64,000 nt of DNA from Candidatus Saccharimonadota bacterium (lineage in GTDB: Bacteria; Patescibacteriota; Saccharimonadia; Saccharimonadales; Saccharimonadaceae): NCBI GenBank assembly GCA_028286395.1, contig JAQBRS010000004.1, forward strand, positions 29,949 through 93,948, read 5' to 3'. Below are positions 38,839-49,258 of this stretch, piece by piece. The notes under the pieces are model-generated. The model was given only the letters and a program-made list of their open reading frames with translations, was not told the origin of the DNA and did not search any database. Every line of letters starts with the position of its first letter. Positions within the stretch are counted from its first letter, which is position 1. Made by a program: the position numbers and the translations under genes.

Positions 38839-39263
38839 TGGATTCTTCAATTTCGATTATTTTCTTTCTAGCCGCAGTTCTTATTTTTGCTGCGATTCTT
38901 TTTGCGGTCATTAGCCTCACGAAGCGTGGTCCACGAAACCTTGACGTTGAAAAGTACCGTACTCGTTGGATGACAATTGAACAGCAATTGAAACGTGACG
39001 ATGCAAACAGCTATGCAATGAGCGTTCTTAACGCTGATACGTTACTTGATCAAGCGTTGAGGGACAAAGGCGTGCAGGGTGCGACAATGGGCGAGCGTAT
39101 GAAACAGCTACAGAAGACCTGGTCAAACGCAAACAACGTATGGACGGCGCATAAACTTCGTAATCAAATTGCCCATGAACCAAATGTGACACTAAATTAC
39201 GAAGGTGTTCGACGAACACTTGGGGCATTTAAACAAGCACTGAAAGACGTGGGAGCCATTTAA
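38838..39263 (+). CDS. Membrane-anchored protein with HEPN-like motif (DUF4145-like)
   Basis: N-terminal TM; AHKLRNQIAHE (RNxxxH); stop/start overlaps with both gatA and gatB. Confidence 0.7.
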   Translation: MDSSISIIFFLAAVLIFAAILFAVISLTKRGPRNLDVEKYRTRWMTIEQQLKRDDANSYAMSVLNADTLLDQALRDKGVQGATMGERMKQLQKTWSNANNVWTAHKLRNQIAHEPNVTLNYEGVRRTLGAFKQALKDVGAI

Positions 39264-40714
39264 TGATTAGTCCTGAAATCTTAGACAAATACGATATGAC
39301 GATTGGTATCGAATGCCATGTTCAGCTTGCAACAATAAGTAAGCTTTTTAGTGGTGCCGATAATGATGCAAATGATAAAGCGCCGAATGATGCGACGAGC
39401 CCAATCGATTTCGGTCTTCCGGGCATGTTACCTGTGTTGAATTACCAAGCGATTGTCCTAGCCGCAAAAGCGGGTAAGGCACTTAACGCTGAGATTGCGC
39501 ACATCAGTCGTTTTGATCGTAAACACTATTTTTACCCTGATCTTCCAAAAGGGTATCAAATTACCCAGATGTATCAGCCAATTATTCTTGGTGGACTCGT
39601 CGAAGCACCTATGCTTGACGGATCAACTGTGACGGTTCGTATTCACCACGCTCACATCGAGGAAGACGCCGGTAAGTTAACGCATTATTCTGATTTTAGC
39701 CTCGTTGATTTAAATCGTGCAGGCACGCCGCTGATTGAAATTGTGTCCGAACCAGATATTCACTCCGCTGCGGGTGCAAAAGCATACGCCACTGAACTGC
39801 ACCGTCTTATGACCTTTGCGGGCGTAACGTACGGTGATCTGTATCACGGAAACATGCGTTTTGACGTGAACCTCTCAGTTGCCCTCAAAGGCGCGACAGA
39901 ACTTGGCACACGTGCGGAAGTCAAAAACTTGAACTCATTTAGAAGTGTCGAAAAAGCTGCTGAATATGAGTTTACTCGCCAAATTGAATTGATTGAAAAG
40001 GGTGAAAAGATTGTTCAAGAAACTCGTGGTTGGGACGATGCATCAGGCAAGACAAGTTCTCAGCGAAGCAAGGAAGATGCTCAGGACTATCGTTATATGC
40101 CCGATGCTGATATTCCACCAGTTGTTTTGAGCGATGAGGACATTGCGGATATGCAGGCCGGTATGCCAAGACTGCCTGCTTTCTACCGTGAAAAATGGTC
40201 ATCTATTGGACTCGACCTGTCAGTAGTAAATGCACTCCTCAATGAAGTGAAATATGCTGACACCGTTGTTCTGGCTCAAGAAAAAAGTGACGATATCGCA
40301 AAGGTGATTGCGCACTGGTTTGCGAGCGCAGTTGGTCAAGATGATGAACAGTCAGCCGTCGTTTCGAGCGAATTCTTCCCCAAGCGGTTTATTGAACTCG
40401 CTGAAATGTTTAAAAAGAATGAAGTCTCAAGTACCGCTGCAAAGCAGATCTTTAATGAACTTTTGACTGGAAATAAAGATCCAAGGATTATCGCTGAAGA
40501 GAAGAATCTTTTACAGGTTAGCGACGAATCCGCCATTCAAGTATTTGTCGATGCCGTACTCGATGATCCCGCGAATGCACAATCAGTGGCTGATATTAAA
40601 GCTGGTCAGGATAAAGCGATTGGCTTCCTCGTTGGGCAAGTCATGAAACGATCTGCAGGTAAAGCGAACCCAGGGCTCGCTCAACAACTAATTCGTAAAC
40701 GATTGGAGCAATAA
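39263..40714 (+). CDS. gatB: Asp/Glu-tRNA amidotransferase subunit B
   Basis: IGIECHVQL, FDRKHYFYPDLPKGYQITQ, EEDAGK, NRAGTPLIE, YRYMPD, GFLVGQVMK. Confidence 0.97.
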   Translation: MISPEILDKYDMTIGIECHVQLATISKLFSGADNDANDKAPNDATSPIDFGLPGMLPVLNYQAIVLAAKAGKALNAEIAHISRFDRKHYFYPDLPKGYQITQMYQPIILGGLVEAPMLDGSTVTVRIHHAHIEEDAGKLTHYSDFSLVDLNRAGTPLIEIVSEPDIHSAAGAKAYATELHRLMTFAGVTYGDLYHGNMRFDVNLSVALKGATELGTRAEVKNLNSFRSVEKAAEYEFTRQIELIEKGEKIVQETRGWDDASGKTSSQRSKEDAQDYRYMPDADIPPVVLSDEDIADMQAGMPRLPAFYREKWSSIGLDLSVVNALLNEVKYADTVVLAQEKSDDIAKVIAHWFASAVGQDDEQSAVVSSEFFPKRFIELAEMFKKNEVSSTAAKQIFNELLTGNKDPRIIAEEKNLLQVSDESAIQVFVDAVLDDPANAQSVADIKAGQDKAIGFLVGQVMKRSAGKANPGLAQQLIRKRLEQ

Positions 40715-40716
40715 CA

Positions 40717-41592
40717 ATGAAGCAACCCACCAAAGCTATTATTTGTGCCGCAGGACTAGGAACGAGATTCCTTCCATGGACGAAAGCAATGCCTAAGGAG
40801 ATGCTTCCGTTGATCGATCGACCAGTTATTCAAGTCATTGTTGAACAGGCAGTTGCTGCCGGTGTTACCGAGATTATTATTGTGACAGGTTCAACGAAGC
40901 GCGCGATTGAGGATCACTTTGACCGAAGTGATCAGCTCGAAGGCGAGCTTCGTGAAAATGGAAAAGATGATAAAGCCGATGAAATTAAGCGAGTTGCTGA
41001 GATTGCAAACTTTGTATATGTTCGCCAAAAAGGATTTCCTAAAGGAAACGCTCGTCCGATCCTGAATGCTCGTCACTTGATTAATGATGATGAACCGTTC
41101 TTTGTCTTTTTTGCGGATGACTTTTTCAGAAGCGATAAACCGTGGCCACTTCAGTTGAAAGAAGCATATAACGAGACAGGCAAGTCAGTCATTTCTTTGA
41201 TTGAAGTCGAGACAAAAGACGCGGACAAATATGGCATGGCGAGTTTGGCTGACGAAAAATCAGACCGACTATTCCAGCTGAGTGGACTTGTTGAAAAACC
41301 GGGTGCTGCAAACACGCCGTCGAACTTTGCCTCAGTGGGAAGTTATCTTTTAACACCAGAAATCTGGCAATACCTTGAAAAAGAAGAAGTTGGTGTTGGT
41401 GGCGAAATTGGCCTTGCGGATAGTATTAATGAACTTGCAAAAGACGGTGAGATTTACGGACTCTTTATCGAAGGTGTACGACACGACACGGGTGATCAAT
41501 TAAAATACATCGAAGCAGTGATTGACATGGCGCTTGAAAGTGAAGAGTATGGTGCCGAACTGACTGAATTTCTCAAGCAACGCCTCAGTTAG
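40717..41592 (+). CDS. galU: UTP--glucose-1-phosphate uridylyltransferase
   Basis: AAGLGTRFLPWTKAMPKEML, YVRQ, VEKP, HDTGD. Confidence 0.92.
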   Translation: MKQPTKAIICAAGLGTRFLPWTKAMPKEMLPLIDRPVIQVIVEQAVAAGVTEIIIVTGSTKRAIEDHFDRSDQLEGELRENGKDDKADEIKRVAEIANFVYVRQKGFPKGNARPILNARHLINDDEPFFVFFADDFFRSDKPWPLQLKEAYNETGKSVISLIEVETKDADKYGMASLADEKSDRLFQLSGLVEKPGAANTPSNFASVGSYLLTPEIWQYLEKEEVGVGGEIGLADSINELAKDGEIYGLFIEGVRHDTGDQLKYIEAVIDMALESEEYGAELTEFLKQRLS

Positions 41593-41662
41593 TTGTTTGC
41601 TGTCATTTCATAATCAGGGTATAATAAGAAGGTAAACAAATACCCATACGAAAGGTCATATT

Positions 41663-41923
41663 ATGGATTCAGCTGCAGAAATACTTGTTATCATCCTAGC
41701 CGTCGTTCTTTCAGTTTTTCTGATTGTTGGTATCATTCTTATTATTTATCTTATTCGCCTATCTGCTGAAATTCGTCGCATCGCTCAATCTGCAGCACAT
41801 GCCGTTGGTTCTGTGGAACACGCAGTCACGGGGATATCAAAACTGACTTCGCCGATCTTTATTGCCGAACTTGTCGGACGGTACATCAAAAAATTTGCTA
41901 AAACATCTCGAAAGGGGAAATAA
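41663..41923 (+). CDS. Small hypothetical membrane protein (DUF948-like)
   Basis: N-terminal TM then coiled coil; sits before a YtxH gene. Confidence 0.65.
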   Translation: MDSAAEILVIILAVVLSVFLIVGIILIIYLIRLSAEIRRIAQSAAHAVGSVEHAVTGISKLTSPIFIAELVGRYIKKFAKTSRKGK

Positions 41924-41925
41924 TC

Positions 41926-42312
41926 ATGGCTAAAGGAAAATTCATACTCGGAGCACTCATTGGAGCAGCTGCAGGATTTGTCGCAGGAGTGTTAACCGCA
42001 CCAAAAAGCGGGAAAGAAACTCGTGAAGAATTAAAAACGAAAGCCGTTGAGAAAAAAGAAGAGGCGATTCTGAAAGCGAAAGACGTTCGCCACAAAGCTG
42101 GTGATGTTGCTGAAGATGTCGTTGAAAAAGCTGAAAACGCTGCTGGAAAAGCTGCGGATAAGTTAGTGAACGCCACTGAAATCGCTGCCGACAAAGTATC
42201 GATAGCTACTGAAGCAACCGCTGATAAAGTAGTTGAGACCGCTAAAGACTTGAAGGCAAAAAGCAAAGAAGCCGCTGCTTCTGCAAAAACCGCCATCAAA
42301 AACAACAAATAG
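41926..42312 (+). CDS. YtxH-domain protein
   Basis: GALIGAAAGFVAGVLTAPKSGKETRE. Confidence 0.85.
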   Translation: MAKGKFILGALIGAAAGFVAGVLTAPKSGKETREELKTKAVEKKEEAILKAKDVRHKAGDVAEDVVEKAENAAGKAADKLVNATEIAADKVSIATEATADKVVETAKDLKAKSKEAAASAKTAIKNNK

Positions 42313-42330
42313 TTTCGTATAATCATAACT

Positions 42331-42612
42331 ATGATCAAAAAAACGCTCACAAAAGTGAAGACTGATAACGAAAACGGTGCACGTAAAGGTATTCTTGAAG
42401 ATCTTTTCTATGATTTTCATAGAAGTCGTCGACAAGTCTATTGGATGAACTTTACTCGCGGGATTTTCTTTGGTGTCGGAAGTGTGCTTGGTGGAACGAT
42501 CGTGATTGCTTTGATTCTATGGCTTCTTAACCTTCTTGTTGATATTCCGGGTGGCATTGGTGACTTTATTCAATACATCGTTAACACGGTGAATCAACAC
42601 ACTAAAGTATAG
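42331..42612 (+). CDS. DUF5665-like small membrane protein
   Basis: WMNFTRGIFFGVGSVLGGT followed by a TM helix. Confidence 0.7.
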   Translation: MIKKTLTKVKTDNENGARKGILEDLFYDFHRSRRQVYWMNFTRGIFFGVGSVLGGTIVIALILWLLNLLVDIPGGIGDFIQYIVNTVNQHTKV

Positions 42613-42669
42613 CGCTCACTTTTTTACTACAGACAAAGCGAGTGCTCATTCGCTATACTAAGAGTAGCT

Positions 42670-45600
42670 ATGGGGGTTAAATTGGAAACGGATAAAACTG
42701 TGGGACTTTCTTTAAAGTCGTCTAGTTACGTACACCTCCATAATCACACGCACCACAGTGTGCTTGATGGACTCTCGAAGATCCCGGCGCTGATGAGTAA
42801 GGTGAAAGAATCTGGTATGGAAGCGGTTGCAATTACTGATCATGGAACGATGTCTGGCGTGCTTGAATTCTACAAAGCAGGAAAGGCCGAGGGTATTAAG
42901 CCAATCATCGGCATGGAGGCCTACGTTGCAGCTCGTTCTCGCCATGACCGTGACCCTCAAAAGGACAAAGCTCGCTATCACTTGATTATTCTCGCAATGA
43001 ACAAGCAAGGATACCAGAACCTGATGCGCCTTAGTTCAACAGCCAATCTTGAAGGTATGTATTATAAGCCTCGTATTGACCACGAGCTCCTCGAGAAATA
43101 TAACGAGGGGCTGATTATCCTTTCAGCCTGCGCCAGTGGTGAGATTGGCGAAAACCTCAAGAATGACAACTACGAAGAAGCAAAGCGTATCGCGGAATGG
43201 TACAAGTCTGTCTTTGGCGACCGCTATTACCTTGAAATGCAGGATCATGGACACATGGAAGCACCTGCACGTTGGGACGTTCAGACCAAGATCAACGGCT
43301 ACCTTGAGCAACTTGCCGAAGAACTCGATATTCAATTGGTTGTCACGAGTGACGGTCACTACTTGAATCATGACGACCAAGACTCGCACGAGATCCTTCT
43401 GTGTGTTGGGACGGGTGCATTCTTAACTGACGAAAAGCGTATGTCTTTAAAGGATTTCGAACTCCATGTTACGGAACCTGATGAACTGATCAGCCGTTGG
43501 GGAAAGACTCACCCTCAAGCGGTTGCAAACACTAAGGTGATTGCGGATCGCTGCGATGTCGAACTAGAACTTGGTGGTATTTTGATCCCAACCTTCGAAA
43601 CGCCAAAAGGCTATAACGAAAAAACATATCTTCACCAACTCGTTTTTCAGGGACTCGCAAACCGATACGGCGACGGAACGCTTGAAGGTGATCCGCTCGC
43701 AACCACACTTGAAGAATACAGGAAACACATTCCTGCCAATGTACTTGAAAGGGCCGACTATGAACTGGGCGTTATCGATGGAATGGGCTTCAATGGTTAC
43801 TTCTTGATCGTCCAGGACTTCATTAACTGGGGCAAAGACCGAGGAATCATCTTTGGGCCTGGACGAGGAAGCGCTGCTGGGTCAATCGTCTCGTATGCTG
43901 TCCGTATTACTGAACTTGATCCACTAAAATACGACCTGCTGTTTGAGCGTTTCTTGAACCCTGATCGTATTAGTATGCCAGACGTCGATATCGACATCCA
44001 AGACACCCGCCGTGACGAGGTGATTCAGTACTGTACTGAAAAATATGGTACTGAGCGGGTTGCGAATATCGTTACCTTTGGTAAGATGGCGGCTCGTGCG
44101 GCTGTTCGTGACGTGGCTCGTGTTCTGCAGGTTCCGTATGCTGAAAGTGATCGTCTTGCAAAACTTATTCCTCCACCGGTTCAAGGTCGCCACATTCCGT
44201 TATCCGTCAGCGTCGTTGAAGATGCAGACCTTCGTCATGAGTACGAGTCAAACCCAACGGTAAAAAAGGTGCTCGACTTTGCGATTCGACTTGAGGGTAC
44301 GATTCGAAGCCACGGTGTGCACGCCGCAGGTGTTGTGATTGCGCCTGATGACATCGTGAACTTTGCACCAGTCGAAATGTCACAAAAGGGTGTTGTTGCA
44401 ACACAGTACCCAATGGGTCCAGTCGAGGAGCTGGGACTGCTCAAAATGGACTTCTTGGGACTTTCAAACCTTACCACCATCAACAACGCACTTCGAATTA
44501 TAAAGAAGGTTTTTAAAACTGACATTAACTTACAAGAGATTCCACTTGACGATGAAGCCACCTATACGCTTTTGCAAAAAGGTGACACGACCGGTGTCTT
44601 CCAGCTTGAATCCGCGGGAATGAAACGCTATCTTCGCGAACTAAAGCCAACCGTATTCGATGATATTATCGCGATGGTCGCATTGTACCGACCAGGTCCA
44701 ATGCAGTTTATCGATGACTTTATCAAGCGAAAACACGGTGAGCGTGAAATTACCTATTTCCACCCAAAGATGGAAGACGCTTTGAAGTCGACCTACGGTG
44801 TCTTGGTGTACCAAGAACAAGTCATGCAACTCTCGAAAGATCTGTCTGGATTCACTGGTGGTGAAGCCGACACGCTTCGTAAAGCAATCGGTAAAAAGAA
44901 TGTCGAAATGATGAATAAGATGAAGACTCGCTTTATCGACGGCGCAGCTGAGATTTCAGGCGCCGACAAAAATGAAATGGAAAAGTTCTGGAAACAACTT
45001 GAAGACTTTGCGGCGTACTGTTTCAACAAGTCGCACGCGGCTTGTTACGGACTGATCGCATACTGGACGGCCTATTTGAAGGCGCACTTCCCAGAAGCCT
45101 TCATGGCGGCACTTATGACCTCTGATCAAGGTGACCTTGAGCGTTTGGCAATCGAAATGAACGAATGTAAGCACATGGGTATCAAGGTACTCTCACCCGA
45201 TGTGAATGAATCATTCGTCGAATTTGCCGTTGTCCCCGATAAAAAGGAGATTCGTTTCGGTATGGCGGCGATTAAGGGTGTCGGAACAGCTGTCGTTGAA
45301 GAGATTCTACGCGCGCGTGAGGACGGAAAGTTCAAATCTGTTGAAGACTTCGCTAAACGGGTTTCAACCTCGAAAGTTAACAAAAAAGCGTGGGAGTCTT
45401 TAATTAAGACAGGTGCCTTCGATACGCTGGCTGACCGCTCAGATCTCCTCTTTAACCTCGAGACAATTCAGGCGTTTGCTTCGAAATTACAAAAGGAAGC
45501 GTTGAGTGGCCAGACTGATCTCTTTGGCGGACTGTCTGACTCAACCGCAATCGCTCAACCATCTGTTGCAATGATTGACGCGCCAATGAAACATACCGAT

Positions 45601-46380
45601 AAAGAACGACTGACCTGGGAGCGTGAACTACTAGGGCTTTACATTAGTGCGCACCCGCTCGACAACTACGACGCCTACTTCAACGAACAGACTGTTCCGA
45701 TGAGCGAACTCTCGACTGATATAGACGGTAAAGCTTTAACCGTCGGTGGTTTGATTTCATCTGTGCGGAGTATCGTGACCAAGAGTGGTTCGAAGATGGC
45801 TTTCGTAAAGATCGAAGACAAAACGTCGGAAATTGAAATTATCGTCTTCCCAAGCATTTATGAAGTCGTCGGTGGTCAATTGCTACAAGATTCAGTCATT
45901 CGTGTCAGTGGTAAAGTGAACGCTCGTGACCGCGATGGGAACCTTAGTGCCGATATCAAGATTATTGCCGACGACGTGCAAATCGTTGATGATGCCGAAC
46001 TTCGAAACTATGAATCGCACGGCAATAAAATGGCGAAGCCAAAAGCGCATACTGCCGGCGTCATGGCAAAACGCAATAAAGCCGCAACTAAAGATCGAGA
46101 CGAAGCTGATGCCAAGGCGAAAGCAAAAGTCGTGTATACAGTTGTTGCCGCAGAACCAGTAAAGAAACTCTATGTTCATGTCAAGAATCCTGACGACCAA
46201 TCGGCTCTCGTAAAGCTAAAGCAGATTTGTGGTGATTTCCCGGGTGTCAGCGATATCGTTCTCGTCCTTGGTGCCGATAAAAAATCAGCTATCAAGATGC
46301 CGTTTAGAGTTGACGGCAGTAATGATCTCATCGGTGAATTAGTGAAATTGCTTGGCGAAGACGCAGTCGTCTTTAAATAA
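42670..46380 (+). CDS. dnaE: DNA polymerase III alpha subunit
   Basis: PHP HLHNHTHHS..DG, GPGRGSAAGS, SMPDVDID, FNKSHAA, OB fold. Confidence 0.98.
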   Translation: MGVKLETDKTVGLSLKSSSYVHLHNHTHHSVLDGLSKIPALMSKVKESGMEAVAITDHGTMSGVLEFYKAGKAEGIKPIIGMEAYVAARSRHDRDPQKDKARYHLIILAMNKQGYQNLMRLSSTANLEGMYYKPRIDHELLEKYNEGLIILSACASGEIGENLKNDNYEEAKRIAEWYKSVFGDRYYLEMQDHGHMEAPARWDVQTKINGYLEQLAEELDIQLVVTSDGHYLNHDDQDSHEILLCVGTGAFLTDEKRMSLKDFELHVTEPDELISRWGKTHPQAVANTKVIADRCDVELELGGILIPTFETPKGYNEKTYLHQLVFQGLANRYGDGTLEGDPLATTLEEYRKHIPANVLERADYELGVIDGMGFNGYFLIVQDFINWGKDRGIIFGPGRGSAAGSIVSYAVRITELDPLKYDLLFERFLNPDRISMPDVDIDIQDTRRDEVIQYCTEKYGTERVANIVTFGKMAARAAVRDVARVLQVPYAESDRLAKLIPPPVQGRHIPLSVSVVEDADLRHEYESNPTVKKVLDFAIRLEGTIRSHGVHAAGVVIAPDDIVNFAPVEMSQKGVVATQYPMGPVEELGLLKMDFLGLSNLTTINNALRIIKKVFKTDINLQEIPLDDEATYTLLQKGDTTGVFQLESAGMKRYLRELKPTVFDDIIAMVALYRPGPMQFIDDFIKRKHGEREITYFHPKMEDALKSTYGVLVYQEQVMQLSKDLSGFTGGEADTLRKAIGKKNVEMMNKMKTRFIDGAAEISGADKNEMEKFWKQLEDFAAYCFNKSHAACYGLIAYWTAYLKAHFPEAFMAALMTSDQGDLERLAIEMNECKHMGIKVLSPDVNESFVEFAVVPDKKEIRFGMAAIKGVGTAVVEEILRAREDGKFKSVEDFAKRVSTSKVNKKAWESLIKTGAFDTLADRSDLLFNLETIQAFASKLQKEALSGQTDLFGGLSDSTAIAQPSVAMIDAPMKHTDKERLTWERELLGLYISAHPLDNYDAYFNEQTVPMSELSTDIDGKALTVGGLISSVRSIVTKSGSKMAFVKIEDKTSEIEIIVFPSIYEVVGGQLLQDSVIRVSGKVNARDRDGNLSADIKIIADDVQIVDDAELRNYESHGNKMAKPKAHTAGVMAKRNKAATKDRDEADAKAKAKVVYTVVAAEPVKKLYVHVKNPDDQSALVKLKQICGDFPGVSDIVLVLGADKKSAIKMPFRVDGSNDLIGELVKLLGEDAVVFK

Positions 46381-46884
46381 TCAGCGTGCAGTCGACAATT
46401 CGTAGAGCGCAATACCTGTTGCGACACTAACATTGAAAGACTCCTTTTTCCCGACCATGGGGATTTCAACAACATCATCGCATTGTGCGATAAGGTCTTC
46501 GGTAATACCGTGAACTTCCTCACCAATGAGGAGCGCTACTTTTTCGGGAGTCGTGTACTCGGAAAGATTAATGCTTCGATCATTTTGTTCAAGCGCAACG
46601 ATGCGGTAGCCACTTTCTTTTAAGAAGTTTAGTGGGATTTGTTCGCTATATTCAAAAGGAACCATTTCCTCAGCACCAAGAGCTGTCTTATGGATTTGGG
46701 AGGTTAATTTCTCTGATATGTGAGGGAGGCGTCCGTCTATTGGTAGGCGGGGATACGGGGTATAGCCGCTGAGGATTATTTTTTCAACGCCAAAGCCTTC
46801 AGCGGTTCGAAATATTGCTCCAACATTGTGGGTTGAGCGGATATTGTGGGCGATAACGATGATCTTTGGGGTATTATGCTGCAT
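46381..46884 (-). CDS. TrmH/SpoU family RNA methyltransferase
   Basis: HNIRSTHNVGAIFRTA, GEEVHGI, ESFNVSVA. Start set to ATG 46884 because ATG 46893 overlaps the TATAAT box. Confidence 0.88.
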   Translation of the reverse strand: MQHNTPKIIVIAHNIRSTHNVGAIFRTAEGFGVEKIILSGYTPYPRLPIDGRLPHISEKLTSQIHKTALGAEEMVPFEYSEQIPLNFLKESGYRIVALEQNDRSINLSEYTTPEKVALLIGEEVHGITEDLIAQCDDVVEIPMVGKKESFNVSVATGIALYELSTAR

Positions 46885-46948
46885 TTCGGTCATTATACCA
46901 CTAAGAGCTACTGTAAAATGCTTACGTTTTTTGGTAGGATGATAGGTA

Positions 46949-48571
46949 ATGGACGAACAGAAAATTCAGGAGCGTGCACGCGAGCAGGATGAACAGTCGA
47001 CACAAGGTCGTGCTTCTATTTTGGGTATGCAGTATTTGGATCTTCGTGGGGTCGATCAAACGATTGATCTCATCCCAGGTGTTCTGAGTAACGAGGATAT
47101 GCATAAGAACCGACTCGTCGTACTAAAAACCGGCGGGGATTCGGCAACGTGGGAATTTGGCGTCACGACACAAACACCTCAGTCTTTCATTCGTGAATTG
47201 ACGGCAAAGTATGCTGCGCAAGCACAGAACGCAACCTTCGCCCTTATCAGTCTCGGCGCATTCAATGTCTTGATGAATCGCTATGATCCACCAGTCATTG
47301 CCGTATACGACGACATCAAGATCGCCAAAGAAGGCGATAGTGACACAATGGGTGAAGTCAGTAAGACGTTGAATTCGGTGGGGAGTGATGAAGTATTCGA
47401 TTACCTCATTACGCAAGCCGATCGTCTTGGCGCAAGCGATATCCATATTGAAAACCAACGAAACGGTATTCGTGTTCGCATGCGCGTCGATGGCGCACTA
47501 CACCCGGTTGCCGAACTTGATAGTGATCGCTATCGAGTTATTTTGGGCGCGCTCGCATCGAGGGGAAATATTTCAACAGCATCAAACGAGCCACAATCGG
47601 GACATATGCAGAAGGAAATTTCTATCGATGGCGTCACGCACCTTTTGAATATGCGTATTGAGGTGATCCCGACAATGTATGGACAAGATGCGGTGATTCG
47701 TTTATTCAACTACGACGAATCGATGCTCAATCTTGAGCGCTTGGGTATTGGCCCAGACGAACGAAAGGAAATTGACGAGATTATTAGCCACCCACGTGGC
47801 ATGGTCCTCATGGTTGGTCCAACGGGCTCGGGCAAGTCGACAACACTGTATAGCATGATTAATGCGTTGAACACGACAGACCGAAAGATTATTACACTCG
47901 AAGACCCGATCGAATATGGTATTTCTGGTATTTCGCAGATTCCTGTCGATACAACTGGTGGACAAAGTTTTGCGGATCACCTTCGATCCGTCCTTCGTCT
48001 TGACCCTGACGTCGTGATGGTCGGTGAGATTCGCGACGCTGATACTGCGAAAACAGCGATTCAGGCATCGATTACGGGACACTTGGTCCTTTCGACTTTC
48101 CACGCGAACTCAACCGCAGCGGCATTTAGTCGCATGATCGACCTTATTGGCGTGAATCCAATCTTTAGTACGGCGATTCGCTTGGTGATTGCGCAACGAT
48201 TAGTACGCCGACTCGATGATACGTCAAAGGAAGAGTACGAACCCGACGACGCAACACGCAATTGGGTCAAGGCTGCGCTTTCGAATCTTCCTGCTCATAT
48301 CCAGAAACCAGACCTTGACACGTTCAAGTTATGGCGTCCTGTGCCCAATGAGCACTCGCCGTTCGGCTATAGCGGCCGTATTGTGATCATGGAGCAAATG
48401 GTTGTCACAGAAGCCATACAGAAGTTCCTACGTGGTGATATCGCGGAAGTACACACGGAAATGATTGAACAAGCAGCTCGTGCTGGTGGTATGGTATCAC
48501 TGCTTGAGCATGGTATTCTTGCAGCACTTCGCGGTGATACAACACTCGATGAAGTGAACCGCGTCATTTAA
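46949..48571 (+). CDS. GspE/PulE/PilB family secretion ATPase
   Basis: ASDIHIE, GPTGSGKSTT, TLEDPIE, LRLDPDVVMVGEIRD, TGHLVLSTFHAN. Confidence 0.92.
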   Translation: MDEQKIQERAREQDEQSTQGRASILGMQYLDLRGVDQTIDLIPGVLSNEDMHKNRLVVLKTGGDSATWEFGVTTQTPQSFIRELTAKYAAQAQNATFALISLGAFNVLMNRYDPPVIAVYDDIKIAKEGDSDTMGEVSKTLNSVGSDEVFDYLITQADRLGASDIHIENQRNGIRVRMRVDGALHPVAELDSDRYRVILGALASRGNISTASNEPQSGHMQKEISIDGVTHLLNMRIEVIPTMYGQDAVIRLFNYDESMLNLERLGIGPDERKEIDEIISHPRGMVLMVGPTGSGKSTTLYSMINALNTTDRKIITLEDPIEYGISGISQIPVDTTGGQSFADHLRSVLRLDPDVVMVGEIRDADTAKTAIQASITGHLVLSTFHANSTAAAFSRMIDLIGVNPIFSTAIRLVIAQRLVRRLDDTSKEEYEPDDATRNWVKAALSNLPAHIQKPDLDTFKLWRPVPNEHSPFGYSGRIVIMEQMVVTEAIQKFLRGDIAEVHTEMIEQAARAGGMVSLLEHGILAALRGDTTLDEVNRVI

Positions 48572-48665
48572 TCCCTGTTAACCCTTTCAAAAATAGATCT
48601 ACTATGGTATATTAGATATTCGATTGCAGATATAAAAGATTAAGTGAGTATTTTAAGGACAACAG

Positions 48666-49190
48666 ATGAGTTTTGAACTTATTAAGCTGGTAAACGAAGC
48701 ACAGAAGAAAGCCGCCGTTGTAGACGTTAAGTCTGGTGACACTGTTCGTGTTCACCAAAAAATTAAAGAAGGCACGAAAGAACGTATTCAGATTTTTGAA
48801 GGCGTTGTGATTCGTGTTGACCGTGCAGCATCACACACTGCTCGTATTACGGTCCGTAAAATTGCCAGTGGTGTTGGTGTTGAGAAGAGCTTTCTTCTTC
48901 ACAGCCCACTTGTTGAAAAGATTGAAGTCACTCGTCGTTCTAAAGTACGTCGTAACTACCTTTCTTACCTCCGTGAACGAAGCGGTAAGAGCGCACGCCT
49001 TAAGGGTGTTAACTTTGACCGCGAAAGTGTAAACGATATTCGTGACCTCCACGCTGAAGAAGAAGCCGCACGTCTTAAGGAAGAAGCGCACATCGCCGCT
49101 GAAGCAAAGGCTGCCGAAAAGGCCGCTGAAGACGCTGAACTTGCTGCAAAGCAAGCTGAAGTCGAAGCTCGACACGAAGAAACCGCCTAA
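48666..49190 (+). CDS. rplS: 50S ribosomal protein L19 with Ala/Glu-rich C-terminal extension
   Basis: GDTVRVH, ERIQIFEGVVI, GVGVEKSF, KVRRNYLSYLR. Confidence 0.96.
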   Translation: MSFELIKLVNEAQKKAAVVDVKSGDTVRVHQKIKEGTKERIQIFEGVVIRVDRAASHTARITVRKIASGVGVEKSFLLHSPLVEKIEVTRRSKVRRNYLSYLRERSGKSARLKGVNFDRESVNDIRDLHAEEEAARLKEEAHIAAEAKAAEKAAEDAELAAKQAEVEARHEETA

Positions 49191-49206
49191 GTTTCCGTCT
49201 GATCTC

Positions 49207-49235
49207 AAAAACGCTTCACATCGAGGCGTTTTTTT
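49207..49235 (+). terminator. Intrinsic terminator after rplS
   Basis: aaaaacgcttc-acatc-gaggcgttttttt. Confidence 0.75.
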
Positions 49236-49258
49236 GTTTGCAGAACTCTGAGAAGTCG

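Noticed and set aside
42060-42300. Repeated AADKV/EKA units
   Set aside because: Ordinary YtxH coiled-coil repeats.
42611-42647. CIRCE-like arms (AGCGCTC ... GAGTGCT) upstream of dnaE
   Set aside because: Spacer is about 21 nt rather than 9 and both arms are mismatched; more likely a hairpin after the upstream gene.
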